A stretch of DNA of 64,000 nt, from the IMG/VR virus record IMGVR_UViG_3300025115_000006, positions 3,920 through 67,919 of that record; one strand, 5' to 3'. The stretch is from a virus. Positions 8,151-17,168 of the stretch are shown here, one piece after another. The stretch's first letter is position 1; each line of letters starts with the position of its first letter. The translations under genes and the position numbers were made by a program. The notes under the pieces are model-generated. The model ran no database searches and was not told the DNA's origin. It worked only from the letters and a program-made list of their open reading frames with translations.

Positions 8151-10982
8151 TTATTTCACATCAAAAAAATAGTGAATATCATTATTAGTATTGTATATAA
8201 TTCCAATTTTTTGTTTTTCATTAACGGCTGTTATAACCTCTTTTTCAAGTGCCTGTTTTGGTAATTTTCTATCTCCACTATATAAATTCTTCTCATCAAG
8301 ATATAAACAAGAATCAAAAATAACCTGAGACATGTCTGTTGCATCCCATAAATTGTCAGTATCTACTGTATTTATACAGTTACCAAAATAATACCAAGAT
8401 GAATATTTTTTACTGCATACTTCTAAGTTGTCTATATTCATACCACTGTCCACAGGTATACTCATTTTTAGAAAGTCTTTATTTATATTACTTTCCTCTA
8501 ATCTGCCAGTTGCATAGTATCTTTTTATCTTCTTTATAATGTCTTCTGGAAAGTTTTCTTCTGAATAGTAAACCTTTCTATTTGCCTGTGAGCCACGCCA
8601 ATCTAAAACATATATCTTAGAATGATTAATAAAATAATATTCAAGCCATCTTAAAAGAGAATCAAATTGTTTTGAGTTAGGTCTTACTTCGGGCATGACC
8701 ATATACTCTTCAAAACCTGTGTTCACTCTAATGCAGTTGTGATTAAGATAATAACTTCCTCTGAATTGTTGAACATGTTTACCAATATAGCCGTCAACAT
8801 CTAAATGCTGTGCCTTACCACTAAAACTTTCTCCACCACTCATTCCATTTATATCAACATTTGCTTCCCATATCTTTAGAAATGAGCCGTCTCTCATGAT
8901 ATAACTAGGACCATCAACAGGTTCTGAACTTGTTCCAAGGTCTTTCATAACTCTTTTCTCAATCTCATCTCTTGTTAATACTTGGTCTGCTTGTTCTGAT
9001 TCATTTATATATCTCTCTTCTAATATATCTACAACCGAACTAAATGGAATAATTCCATGATACTCATATGTGTGAGGAATATTATCATCATCTAAAACTA
9101 CATTTGAATCAATTTTTAATTTATTAGGTTCAAGTTTGCTGACATCTATCTTTAACACAATTATATTTTCAGCATACTTATCATAGTCAGCAACATCATC
9201 TAGCCACTCGGCAGTTTCCGCATAACTATAGGCAACATCCTTATCATCCGCTAAATAAACAACTCCTCTTACAGAGTCAGTCCACATTTTTCTTTTTGTG
9301 TTTCCTAAACCTTTTTCTTTAATTGACTTTAAAAATGGTTTGTAGGTAGCATGATATAAATATTTATAATTTTTATCTTCTGATTCATTTATATAATCTA
9401 TATAGCCTATTTGATTTTCATCTTCAAAAACAATGTTTACATTATTTCTATTTATTTCTGTTTTAACTAATGACCAGTCACCTTCATTTAAAAGTTTACT
9501 AATTCTATTAAATTTATCAAAATTTCTTTTCACAAATTCATTAGAAAAGGCAAATTTAACATCATCACCTAACCACTTCTCAGGAACTACATGTTGTTGC
9601 ATCAGGTCATCAATAATGTTTTCTAATTCATCGTCATTATCTTCATCATCTTCATTATCATAAATGTATTTCCAAACGGGTGAAAAAAGACCGCCCAAAT
9701 CATCTCCAAAAGCATCTTTAGTTGTAAATCTATAAAAAATATTATTTGTGCTTAATGATTTCTCATTTATATTTTTACTGTTTGTAGGTTTCTTATTGTC
9801 TATTGATTTTATATCATTTGCATTAAAGACACCAAATGTAATGTGACCAAGTTCAATGCACTTCAATCCATCATAACCTTTTTTAACTACTAGATTCTTG
9901 AATTGATTGCTTCTAGTCAGAACATGTATTTTCATCTTATAGCCATTTCTAGGCTCATCATATTCTTCTGCAACTTCTTCAATCATTGCTCTCATCTCTT
10001 TCTCATCTGCGTTTAGTGATTTTAAAATGTCTTTAAACACAGGGGAAAAGTCATAGGGCATGATTGGTCTAAGAGTGAATATATTTTCATCAGTAGAGCC
10101 ACAATCAAGCACCCTAGAGCAACCTAGATAGCATTGGTATTGATGCCCACCATTACGGTCCTTATTAGTCCAATTACCATACTCTTTTGCATAGTCTTTA
10201 CTAACTGAAAACCAATTTATTTGAGAAGTAAATTCCTCTTTATCAAACTTCTTATGAGTTCCATGATAAACAACCAATAATCTATTTTCATCATCTCTAA
10301 CTTGACTGTTTTTGAAGAATTCAATTTGTTCATTGGTTAGTTTATTTCCTTGACTATCTACATTTTCTGATGATGCATCTTCATCAAGTCTATTTAAATT
10401 ATGCATTGCTTCAATGTTACTTAGTTTCATTTTTTGCATCATACTTGATTCAACCAATCTTCCTGTTTGATAGTAATTCTTTATGATATATATTATATCA
10501 TCTGATGTCTTGTTTGTCAAGGAGAAATATTTATATTGTGACTTTTGATGAGGCTCTAATATCATTAAATCAGAACTCCATCTCCACATAACATGTCTTC
10601 CCCAAAACTTATCAAGTAAGTTTAAAAGAGCCTTATATTGTCTTGATGTAGGCTCAACTTTAGAAAGCATAATAAAACCTTCAGTGTCAAGATTTACTCT
10701 GATGCACCCAAGGTCTTCAATTGGAGGGCATCCTCCTGTGTAAGTGTCAGATTCATGTTCTACATATTCATTCTTTATAAGCCAATGTAGCACACTTGCA
10801 TGTGAGTTATGTCCTAATGCAAGAATTTTTCCAGAAGGAAAAACATAACTCCTTGAAGATGGCTCATCACTAATTGTGTATCTTTGTGATAGAACCTTCT
10901 CAAAGTCATTTATGTTTGTTAGTATTTTTGTAGAATCAGATTCAACAAGAAGAGAGGACTTGTCTAACTTTATTTTTGACAT
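8151..10982 (-). CDS. polyvalent protein with ART-PolyVal-like and KptA/Tpt1-like ADP-ribosyltransferase-fold domains
   Basis: VVYHGT...WFS...YAKEYG...GYDG; YLYHAT...SIKEKGL...VYLA...VLKID; two copies of the repeated YI..G/CIRVN domain; GGAGG RBS. Confidence 0.75.
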   Translation of the reverse strand: MSKIKLDKSSLLVESDSTKILTNINDFEKVLSQRYTISDEPSSRSYVFPSGKILALGHNSHASVLHWLIKNEYVEHESDTYTGGCPPIEDLGCIRVNLDTEGFIMLSKVEPTSRQYKALLNLLDKFWGRHVMWRWSSDLMILEPHQKSQYKYFSLTNKTSDDIIYIIKNYYQTGRLVESSMMQKMKLSNIEAMHNLNRLDEDASSENVDSQGNKLTNEQIEFFKNSQVRDDENRLLVVYHGTHKKFDKEEFTSQINWFSVSKDYAKEYGNWTNKDRNGGHQYQCYLGCSRVLDCGSTDENIFTLRPIMPYDFSPVFKDILKSLNADEKEMRAMIEEVAEEYDEPRNGYKMKIHVLTRSNQFKNLVVKKGYDGLKCIELGHITFGVFNANDIKSIDNKKPTNSKNINEKSLSTNNIFYRFTTKDAFGDDLGGLFSPVWKYIYDNEDDEDNDDELENIIDDLMQQHVVPEKWLGDDVKFAFSNEFVKRNFDKFNRISKLLNEGDWSLVKTEINRNNVNIVFEDENQIGYIDYINESEDKNYKYLYHATYKPFLKSIKEKGLGNTKRKMWTDSVRGVVYLADDKDVAYSYAETAEWLDDVADYDKYAENIIVLKIDVSKLEPNKLKIDSNVVLDDDNIPHTYEYHGIIPFSSVVDILEERYINESEQADQVLTRDEIEKRVMKDLGTSSEPVDGPSYIMRDGSFLKIWEANVDINGMSGGESFSGKAQHLDVDGYIGKHVQQFRGSYYLNHNCIRVNTGFEEYMVMPEVRPNSKQFDSLLRWLEYYFINHSKIYVLDWRGSQANRKVYYSEENFPEDIIKKIKRYYATGRLEESNINKDFLKMSIPVDSGMNIDNLEVCSKKYSSWYYFGNCINTVDTDNLWDATDMSQVIFDSCLYLDEKNLYSGDRKLPKQALEKEVITAVNEKQKIGIIYNTNNDIHYFFDVK

Positions 10983-10995
10983 ATTTACCTCCTTG

Positions 10996-11289
10996 TTATC
11001 TAATTTTATATGTTTTGTTTTTTAAACCTTCATGTAGTTTGTGATACAACACATCAAACCCAGTGATTCTAGATGGAGACTGTCTAGTGACACTTGTCTT
11101 AGATAAGAATTTTTGAATAAGAACCTCTAAGTCAGTTTCTGTCTTTAACACAATTGGTCTATCTAGATACTCATGAGTTTCTTTAGAGTTGATTCCTCTT
11201 TTAACATGATACCCATAAACAACACCATAAGGATTGTGTTCTTTAAAAAGGTCATTAGCAAGTTTGAGTGCTTGTTCCTGTGAAATCAT
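10996..11289 (-). CDS. hypothetical protein
   Basis: 97 aa ORF, translationally coupled to upstream gene. Confidence 0.6.
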   Translation of the reverse strand: MISQEQALKLANDLFKEHNPYGVVYGYHVKRGINSKETHEYLDRPIVLKTETDLEVLIQKFLSKTSVTRQSPSRITGFDVLYHKLHEGLKNKTYKIR

Positions 11290-11639
11290 TATTCTTCATC
11301 CTCCTCATCTTGCTCTTCATCTTCTTCTTCATCTTCTTTTTCTTCAATGAATTCTTCAAGAGCCTTTTCTCTGCATTTTTCAGTAACATAGTCAATGAAG
11401 TATTCATCATCTTCAATTTCACTTAATGCACCAAGACCAGATAGAACATTAAAGATGTGATTATCTGTTCCATCAAGTCCAACTTCATTTACATCAAAAT
11501 ATGCAACTACGCCTGCAATGTAGTCTTCAAAAGAAACATTGTATGAAAAGTATTCCTCTTTCTTATCTTTATATTTAAATTTATAGTCAATATAGAAATC
11601 ACTTCTATTGCTTTTTTTCCAAGAATCATAATAGCCCAT
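11289..11639 (-). CDS. small acidic hypothetical protein
   Basis: 116 aa, AAGGAG RBS, acidic tail. Confidence 0.7.
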   Translation of the reverse strand: MGYYDSWKKSNRSDFYIDYKFKYKDKKEEYFSYNVSFEDYIAGVVAYFDVNEVGLDGTDNHIFNVLSGLGALSEIEDDEYFIDYVTEKCREKALEEFIEEKEDEEEDEEQDEEDEE

Positions 11640-11654
11640 ATTTATCTCCTTATA

Positions 11655-13019
11655 CTAAATCTTAGTAATTTTATAAGATGCTGAGTAAGTATCAGAGCCA
11701 TCTTCTTCGGTGACATTAGACTCAATGTCAATATCAATATTTTTTTCATCGAAGAATTTTTGAATAGTTCTCTTAAAGAATAGATGTTGATGTTTCCAAT
11801 CTCCCCACTCAATTTGAGCCTCAATAACACCGGCAGAACTCCAGATGTCAAAGTATTCACCTTCATCAAAGAATTTTTGTGTCAACTCTTTAACAAATTT
11901 ATTTGCTTCTTCTTCACTGAACTTTTTACCAACTGATTCTTTAATGGTCTTCTTAGTCAACGACTCATCAGCAAATCTGACATAATTGTAAGATAATCCT
12001 TCACTGTCTTCGCCTGCATAGCCAACTTCTGCTTTCTTGAAGTCAGCAATCATTTCATCCCAAAGTTCTTTAATTCTTTCTCTAGAGATAGCAGGATTAC
12101 CAAAGTTATCAGCCTTTAAGAAGTTACCAAGATATCTGTTTTTGATTTCTCTTTCAAACAATTTGTTAAATGATTCATCACTGTCACCAGGTTTTGCGCC
12201 ATAGACAAGAATGCTTACCATCATATTTTGAGCGGAATTTTCTACATACTCAATTTTTTCTGCGTCACTCATCTTTGACCTTTCTTTTCCATACAATTCT
12301 TTTCTCTTAGCATCAATTTGCTTTTGTGTTGCTTCTTTGATATATACTTTCTTAGATTCAATGAGAATGTCTTCGTATGCAAACTCATCTGCAGAACATA
12401 AATAATCAGGATGTAGTTTATATTCAAGTTCATCAGCAAGTGCTTCTAAATCTTTGAGAGGTCCTTCAACAAAGAAGTCTGGGTCATCTCCATCTTTTTG
12501 TCCCATTCCAAGACCTTTTCCTAAGAAAGTCAATTCAAATTCATCGCAAAGTCTTTCAAACTCTGGCAAGAAGTTTTCAATTGAACTAGGAAATTGATAT
12601 ACCATAATTTCAGTTGATTCAGAATCAAACTCTTCATTTATGTTGATACCTTGTAGTCTGTCAATAACGGGTTGCAACATTTTTTCAACAGTTGACTGGT
12701 CATCATAAGGAGTATCAATGTCAAGAATAATTTCTTCATTGTCTTCAAATGCTGTTAATCCTGATGATTCTAGATACTTTCTTCCAAGGTCAGTAATGGA
12801 GTCATTTGAAACATGATATTCAGTCCACAATACATTACCTTCAAAAAGAAGACATTCCACTCTGAACAGTTTTTTACCATTTAAAACAACATCTGCAATG
12901 TATTGACAGATTCCATCCCACTCAGACATGTCATCTGTTGGGTCAGTTTCAATCTCATGAAAGTATTCTTCCCAAGTTTTTGTTTCTTGATTTAATAATT
13001 TAAACTCATTGTTGTTCAT
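11655..13019 (-). CDS. acidic multi-domain protein
   Basis: 454 aa, INEE/LIES/IKEA/IKES linkers; ATG overlaps upstream stop. Confidence 0.7.
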   Translation of the reverse strand: MNNNEFKLLNQETKTWEEYFHEIETDPTDDMSEWDGICQYIADVVLNGKKLFRVECLLFEGNVLWTEYHVSNDSITDLGRKYLESSGLTAFEDNEEIILDIDTPYDDQSTVEKMLQPVIDRLQGININEEFDSESTEIMVYQFPSSIENFLPEFERLCDEFELTFLGKGLGMGQKDGDDPDFFVEGPLKDLEALADELEYKLHPDYLCSADEFAYEDILIESKKVYIKEATQKQIDAKRKELYGKERSKMSDAEKIEYVENSAQNMMVSILVYGAKPGDSDESFNKLFEREIKNRYLGNFLKADNFGNPAISRERIKELWDEMIADFKKAEVGYAGEDSEGLSYNYVRFADESLTKKTIKESVGKKFSEEEANKFVKELTQKFFDEGEYFDIWSSAGVIEAQIEWGDWKHQHLFFKRTIQKFFDEKNIDIDIESNVTEEDGSDTYSASYKITKI

Positions 13020-15604
13020 AATTTATATCCAATTCCTTTCAACGCATTAGCGATATTTTTTTCAAATTCAATATCTTGACCAATTAAATATTTTTTCTTT
13101 TGCCATCTCTTTGCAATTTTTTCTTTTGGAAAAACAGTGATAAACTGAGTGTCTCCTTTATACATTTGTGAGAATGTTGCAGAATCTCCATCTTTTCCAT
13201 TTTCCTGATACTTAAACACAAAATCAAAATTCTCTAGTGTTTCAATTACATCAGAAATTGAGTGTCTTAAATCTTCTTCTTTTATTAAACTATTAAAATC
13301 ATTCCACATTTTGTCTACCTTATCAACATCATGTGACAAACCCTCAATTGTTGCAACCCAAAAACCTGAATTATCCAATCTATTGGCTACGATTTTAACA
13401 TTGTTTTCAAAACATAATTTTCTTAAATCTTTTTCTTGAACTGTTTTATAAAATATGATTGTGTTGTATTTGTAAGACTCATTTTTATTTTTTTTTCTGT
13501 TTTTAAATTTACTATAAGCAACTGCTAGTCTTTGTTTTTGATTTGGAAAGTCTTTCTTTGCTAGTTTTGTTCCCATGAATCGAGAAACATACTCTTTTTC
13601 TTTTTCATCTTTTTTAGGCTCAATAAGTTTTTCATTTTTAGACTTTTTCATTGACTCATCAAACTGCTCAATCCATGAAACACTGTTGATGTAGTCACAA
13701 ATGCTTGAACTGTATTTATTATCTTTAATATATTTACACAATGCTTTCTTAACATCTGTCTCAGTTCCACTGTCTAATGCTCTTGTAATCTCATCAGCAA
13801 CTTCACCATACTGCATTGCATCACTGTAAAATTGTTCAGGATTATATTCAATTCCATCTTTTCTGTCTAAAATTAAATCAACAATCATTTCATTAAGTTG
13901 CTTTCCTTCTTTATAGTTTATACTATCATGAATAATTCTTGATTTAATGCCTTTTGATTTATCTAGTTCAGCAAGTTTGTCTGCAACCTTTTTAAAATCT
14001 TCTTTTTCTGTTTTAATAGAGTCAACAGCATTTATGTCAAGATAAATGGACCAATTTTCACCATTCTTACTTGTTGCCCAGTGATACTCAGATTCATCAT
14101 ATGGATGAAAAGACTTTACTTCATAAAAATCTTTTTTATTTAGCCATTCAATGTAGTGGGTTGCACCAAAACGAACACTGTCAATGTATCCTAAATCATA
14201 ACTATCATAAGAGCCGTTTTTCTCTTTACTGTGTTTTGGCTCTAGTTTTTCTTCAATTTCTTCTTCTTCTAACGATTCTTCTCTTGCCCATAATTCAAAT
14301 TGAGTTGCAAATTGTGCTTGACCTGAGATTGAGAATAAGAATTCACCATTAGGATGTTTATCTAATGCTGTCTGTAAAATTTCTTTAGGACTGTCATTTC
14401 TATCATACCAGCCACTTTCAAAGTCAGATTCAATTCTAATAAAACCTAGTTCTTCTAAGTTGTCATCAGTTAGAATTGTATTCGCTAATCTTTCTTTATT
14501 GATTAATGACTGAACATATTCTTCAGCATGATTGCCTCTAACACAATCGCCACAAAGAATTTCACCATCAGTAACCCAATAATCAGGAACAAATGAATAA
14601 CTGTCTGGTTGAGTTCTAATAACTTTACCACACTCATCACATCTACTCCACTCATCAGAAAAGCCCCATTCAACATCTTTTAAATTGTCAATAACACTTG
14701 TATCATATTCATCTTCAGGCTTGAAATCAGGCTTGATAATTTGTTGCATTTGTTTAATGGTATCCCAGCCATAGACAATTAAAAAGACTTTTCCATCTTC
14801 ATCTTCTGCTTCTTGAAAGTCAACGCCTGAATCATATAAATCATTAACAATTTCAGAAGTTAATTCAATCTTTTCTTGTGCCTCATTTATCTTTTGTTCA
14901 TTACTGCTTTCTTTCATGCCAGGAACTACAACCATTGTAACACTATCTTCCCACTCAAAATAAGCATCATTACCAAAGTCTGCTTTAATTGCTTGTTCTA
15001 GTTGAGGAAAAATGTCATCTGAGACATCAGGAATTTTAGCCCCAAATTCATCTGCAACTTGCTGATAAAAATACATCTGGTCTTCTTCATAGTTAAAGGT
15101 ATATTGTTCATTTGCATCATATAAGAACCATTGACCATCTCTTTGTTCCAAGTTAAAATTAAAAATCGGTTCAAAAACTTCATCTTCAAACTCTACAGGT
15201 TTATTTAATTTAATAATTAATTCTTTTAGATGTTTAGGCTCTTTATTCACAGCCTCTGTCATTGCTTCTTGAACAGTCCAAAGTTTTGGCTGAGTCTCTT
15301 TAAACTCGCCTAAAATTTTTAATTTACTAAGTGTTTCATTTGCAAATTCCAATGCATCAGGACCAACTTTTTCAGGATTGTATAATCCATCTTTATAGTA
15401 GTCTTTAAATACCTCACGATACAGAGTTCTCAATTCTTTAAATGACTCATCATCTCCAAAGTATTCTAAGCATTCACTGTAATCAGAGCCATCTGGCCAG
15501 ACATAGAGCCATCCACTACCATAGTAGGCATCTTCATTGTTCATTGCGGAAATGACTTGATTCATTTTCCACGCTTGTTTTGCGTTTGAGATTTTTTTGT
15601 CCAT
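13016..15604 (-). CDS. acidic multi-domain protein with CxxC...CxxC module
   Basis: 862 aa, RCDECG...LCGDC, linkers MKES/INEA/LNEM/IKEE, AAGGAG RBS. Confidence 0.7.
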   Translation of the reverse strand: MDKKISNAKQAWKMNQVISAMNNEDAYYGSGWLYVWPDGSDYSECLEYFGDDESFKELRTLYREVFKDYYKDGLYNPEKVGPDALEFANETLSKLKILGEFKETQPKLWTVQEAMTEAVNKEPKHLKELIIKLNKPVEFEDEVFEPIFNFNLEQRDGQWFLYDANEQYTFNYEEDQMYFYQQVADEFGAKIPDVSDDIFPQLEQAIKADFGNDAYFEWEDSVTMVVVPGMKESSNEQKINEAQEKIELTSEIVNDLYDSGVDFQEAEDEDGKVFLIVYGWDTIKQMQQIIKPDFKPEDEYDTSVIDNLKDVEWGFSDEWSRCDECGKVIRTQPDSYSFVPDYWVTDGEILCGDCVRGNHAEEYVQSLINKERLANTILTDDNLEELGFIRIESDFESGWYDRNDSPKEILQTALDKHPNGEFLFSISGQAQFATQFELWAREESLEEEEIEEKLEPKHSKEKNGSYDSYDLGYIDSVRFGATHYIEWLNKKDFYEVKSFHPYDESEYHWATSKNGENWSIYLDINAVDSIKTEKEDFKKVADKLAELDKSKGIKSRIIHDSINYKEGKQLNEMIVDLILDRKDGIEYNPEQFYSDAMQYGEVADEITRALDSGTETDVKKALCKYIKDNKYSSSICDYINSVSWIEQFDESMKKSKNEKLIEPKKDEKEKEYVSRFMGTKLAKKDFPNQKQRLAVAYSKFKNRKKNKNESYKYNTIIFYKTVQEKDLRKLCFENNVKIVANRLDNSGFWVATIEGLSHDVDKVDKMWNDFNSLIKEEDLRHSISDVIETLENFDFVFKYQENGKDGDSATFSQMYKGDTQFITVFPKEKIAKRWQKKKYLIGQDIEFEKNIANALKGIGYKL

Positions 15605-15629
15605 GTTTGTATCAATTCTCCTTATTTAT

Positions 15630-15658
15630 ATTATACAACTTATTTTATTTAATGTCAA
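15630..15658 (-). promoter_or_regulatory. sigma-A/sigma-70 promoter
   Basis: TTGACA-17 nt-TATAAT on minus strand, 26 nt upstream of the 862-aa ORF. Confidence 0.8.
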
Positions 15659-15736
15659 CTGACAGAAAAGACAAATTGTCTAAATTTGCTATCAATTAAT
15701 TTAGCATCTAATTTATCAAATAAATGAATACAAATG

Positions 15737-15764
15737 AAAAAGAGACTCTTTACAGAGTCTCTTT
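15737..15764 (-). terminator. intrinsic terminator after major capsid gene
   Basis: 11-bp stem AAAGAGACTCT/AGAGTCTCTTT, 4-nt loop, T-tract. Confidence 0.75.
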
Positions 15765-15790
15765 GTTTTTTACTAAATTAGTTAATTAAC

Positions 15791-17128
15791 TTATTCTTCT
15801 ACTGCAGTAAGAATTGCAGGAAGAGCATCAGTGTTAATTTCACCGGCAACTACTAACAAGTCATTCAATGTTTCAAGTGCATACATTGTTGACCAGCCTT
15901 GACTCATACCACCGTCTGAATAACCAAGTAATTGAGTAGGAACCACAGCCATGTATGGAGCATAAACGGCCGCTGAGGATTGCATGTCATCACCATTAAC
16001 ACCAAGGACAAACTTACCAGCCGCGATGTTTGGAGTAACAAACACTTTAATACCATCTAATGTTCCTGCAAGGTATGGACCATTCATTGAGCCAACTCTT
16101 GATGCCACGAAGCCTTTTAAGAACTTCAAGACAGGAAGAACATTACTTGCAATGAGCATATAGTTAGGAGTAAATCTCTTAGTTCTATCATAGATTAATT
16201 GTTTACCAATTTCAACGATTTCACTAAAGCCTTCATAGTGTTCAGCCTTGGACACGCCAACAGGAACAACTTTTGACCACTTGAGTAATGAGTTTGAAGC
16301 ACCAGCAAGTTCAATAAGTTTGTCTGTGATTTCAGTGTCAATTTCATAAGCCAATTGTCCAACTGCTTTTTCTGCTAATTGGTCACCTAAGTCAAATCCA
16401 TAGTCAGTCTTTGCTTGGAATGCCGCGATTTGTGAGTAGTAAATAGCAACTCTACGAGCCTTAGCAATAAGAGCAATACTTGCTAACTTAGCATTGATAA
16501 CTGGAAGGTCATTTTGAGGAATAACCACATTATCATATGTGTAAGCAATACGCACAGATGCGCCATTAGCAGGAGCCACCAACAGTGTAACAACACCAGT
16601 TGATGCAACAAAAGTAGAGCCCGCAACTTCAGAACCAGCAACAATAACTTTACCTAATGCAAGAACAGGAGTCCAAGCAACAGTAAATGTAGTGGCAGAG
16701 CCATTACCAGTAAATTCTTCAACAACTGCTGAAGATGTGTAAGCAGGGTCAACTGCGCCAAGTTTGAAAGGTTCATTGAATACATCACCTTGAGCGGTAG
16801 CACCTTTAGTGGAACCTGCTGTGTATTGAATGTAAGTGATGTAACCACTCATTGAAGCCATTGGATGAACAATAACTAAGTCATGAGCAATTAAGTTAGG
16901 AAGAGCAACTGTGGTTAAGTTTAATGTGAATTTCTTGAATAATCCCAAATCTGAGCGTTGGGTTCCAACTGAGTTGGCGAAGGCTTCATTCATGAACTTG
17001 TTAGTATTGTTTAAGACCATAGCAACAGCCATTTTCTTAGTATTACTTAAAGTATCGCCTTCATGTGCTTTTGAATAAACGCTTTCTGCAACGCTTAATC
17101 TTTTAGCATATGTTTCTAATAGTGTCAT
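15791..17128 (-). CDS. major capsid protein (T4 gp23-like)
   Basis: LPNLIAHDLVIVHPM, AKARR, QLAYEID.EI, AVYAPY motifs; follows the prohead protease; strongly biased codon usage; followed by terminator. Confidence 0.92.
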   Translation of the reverse strand: MTLLETYAKRLSVAESVYSKAHEGDTLSNTKKMAVAMVLNNTNKFMNEAFANSVGTQRSDLGLFKKFTLNLTTVALPNLIAHDLVIVHPMASMSGYITYIQYTAGSTKGATAQGDVFNEPFKLGAVDPAYTSSAVVEEFTGNGSATTFTVAWTPVLALGKVIVAGSEVAGSTFVASTGVVTLLVAPANGASVRIAYTYDNVVIPQNDLPVINAKLASIALIAKARRVAIYYSQIAAFQAKTDYGFDLGDQLAEKAVGQLAYEIDTEITDKLIELAGASNSLLKWSKVVPVGVSKAEHYEGFSEIVEIGKQLIYDRTKRFTPNYMLIASNVLPVLKFLKGFVASRVGSMNGPYLAGTLDGIKVFVTPNIAAGKFVLGVNGDDMQSSAAVYAPYMAVVPTQLLGYSDGGMSQGWSTMYALETLNDLLVVAGEINTDALPAILTAVEE

Positions 17129-17168
17129 TTTAAATTCTCCTTATGAATTTTATTTTTATTTTGTGTTT

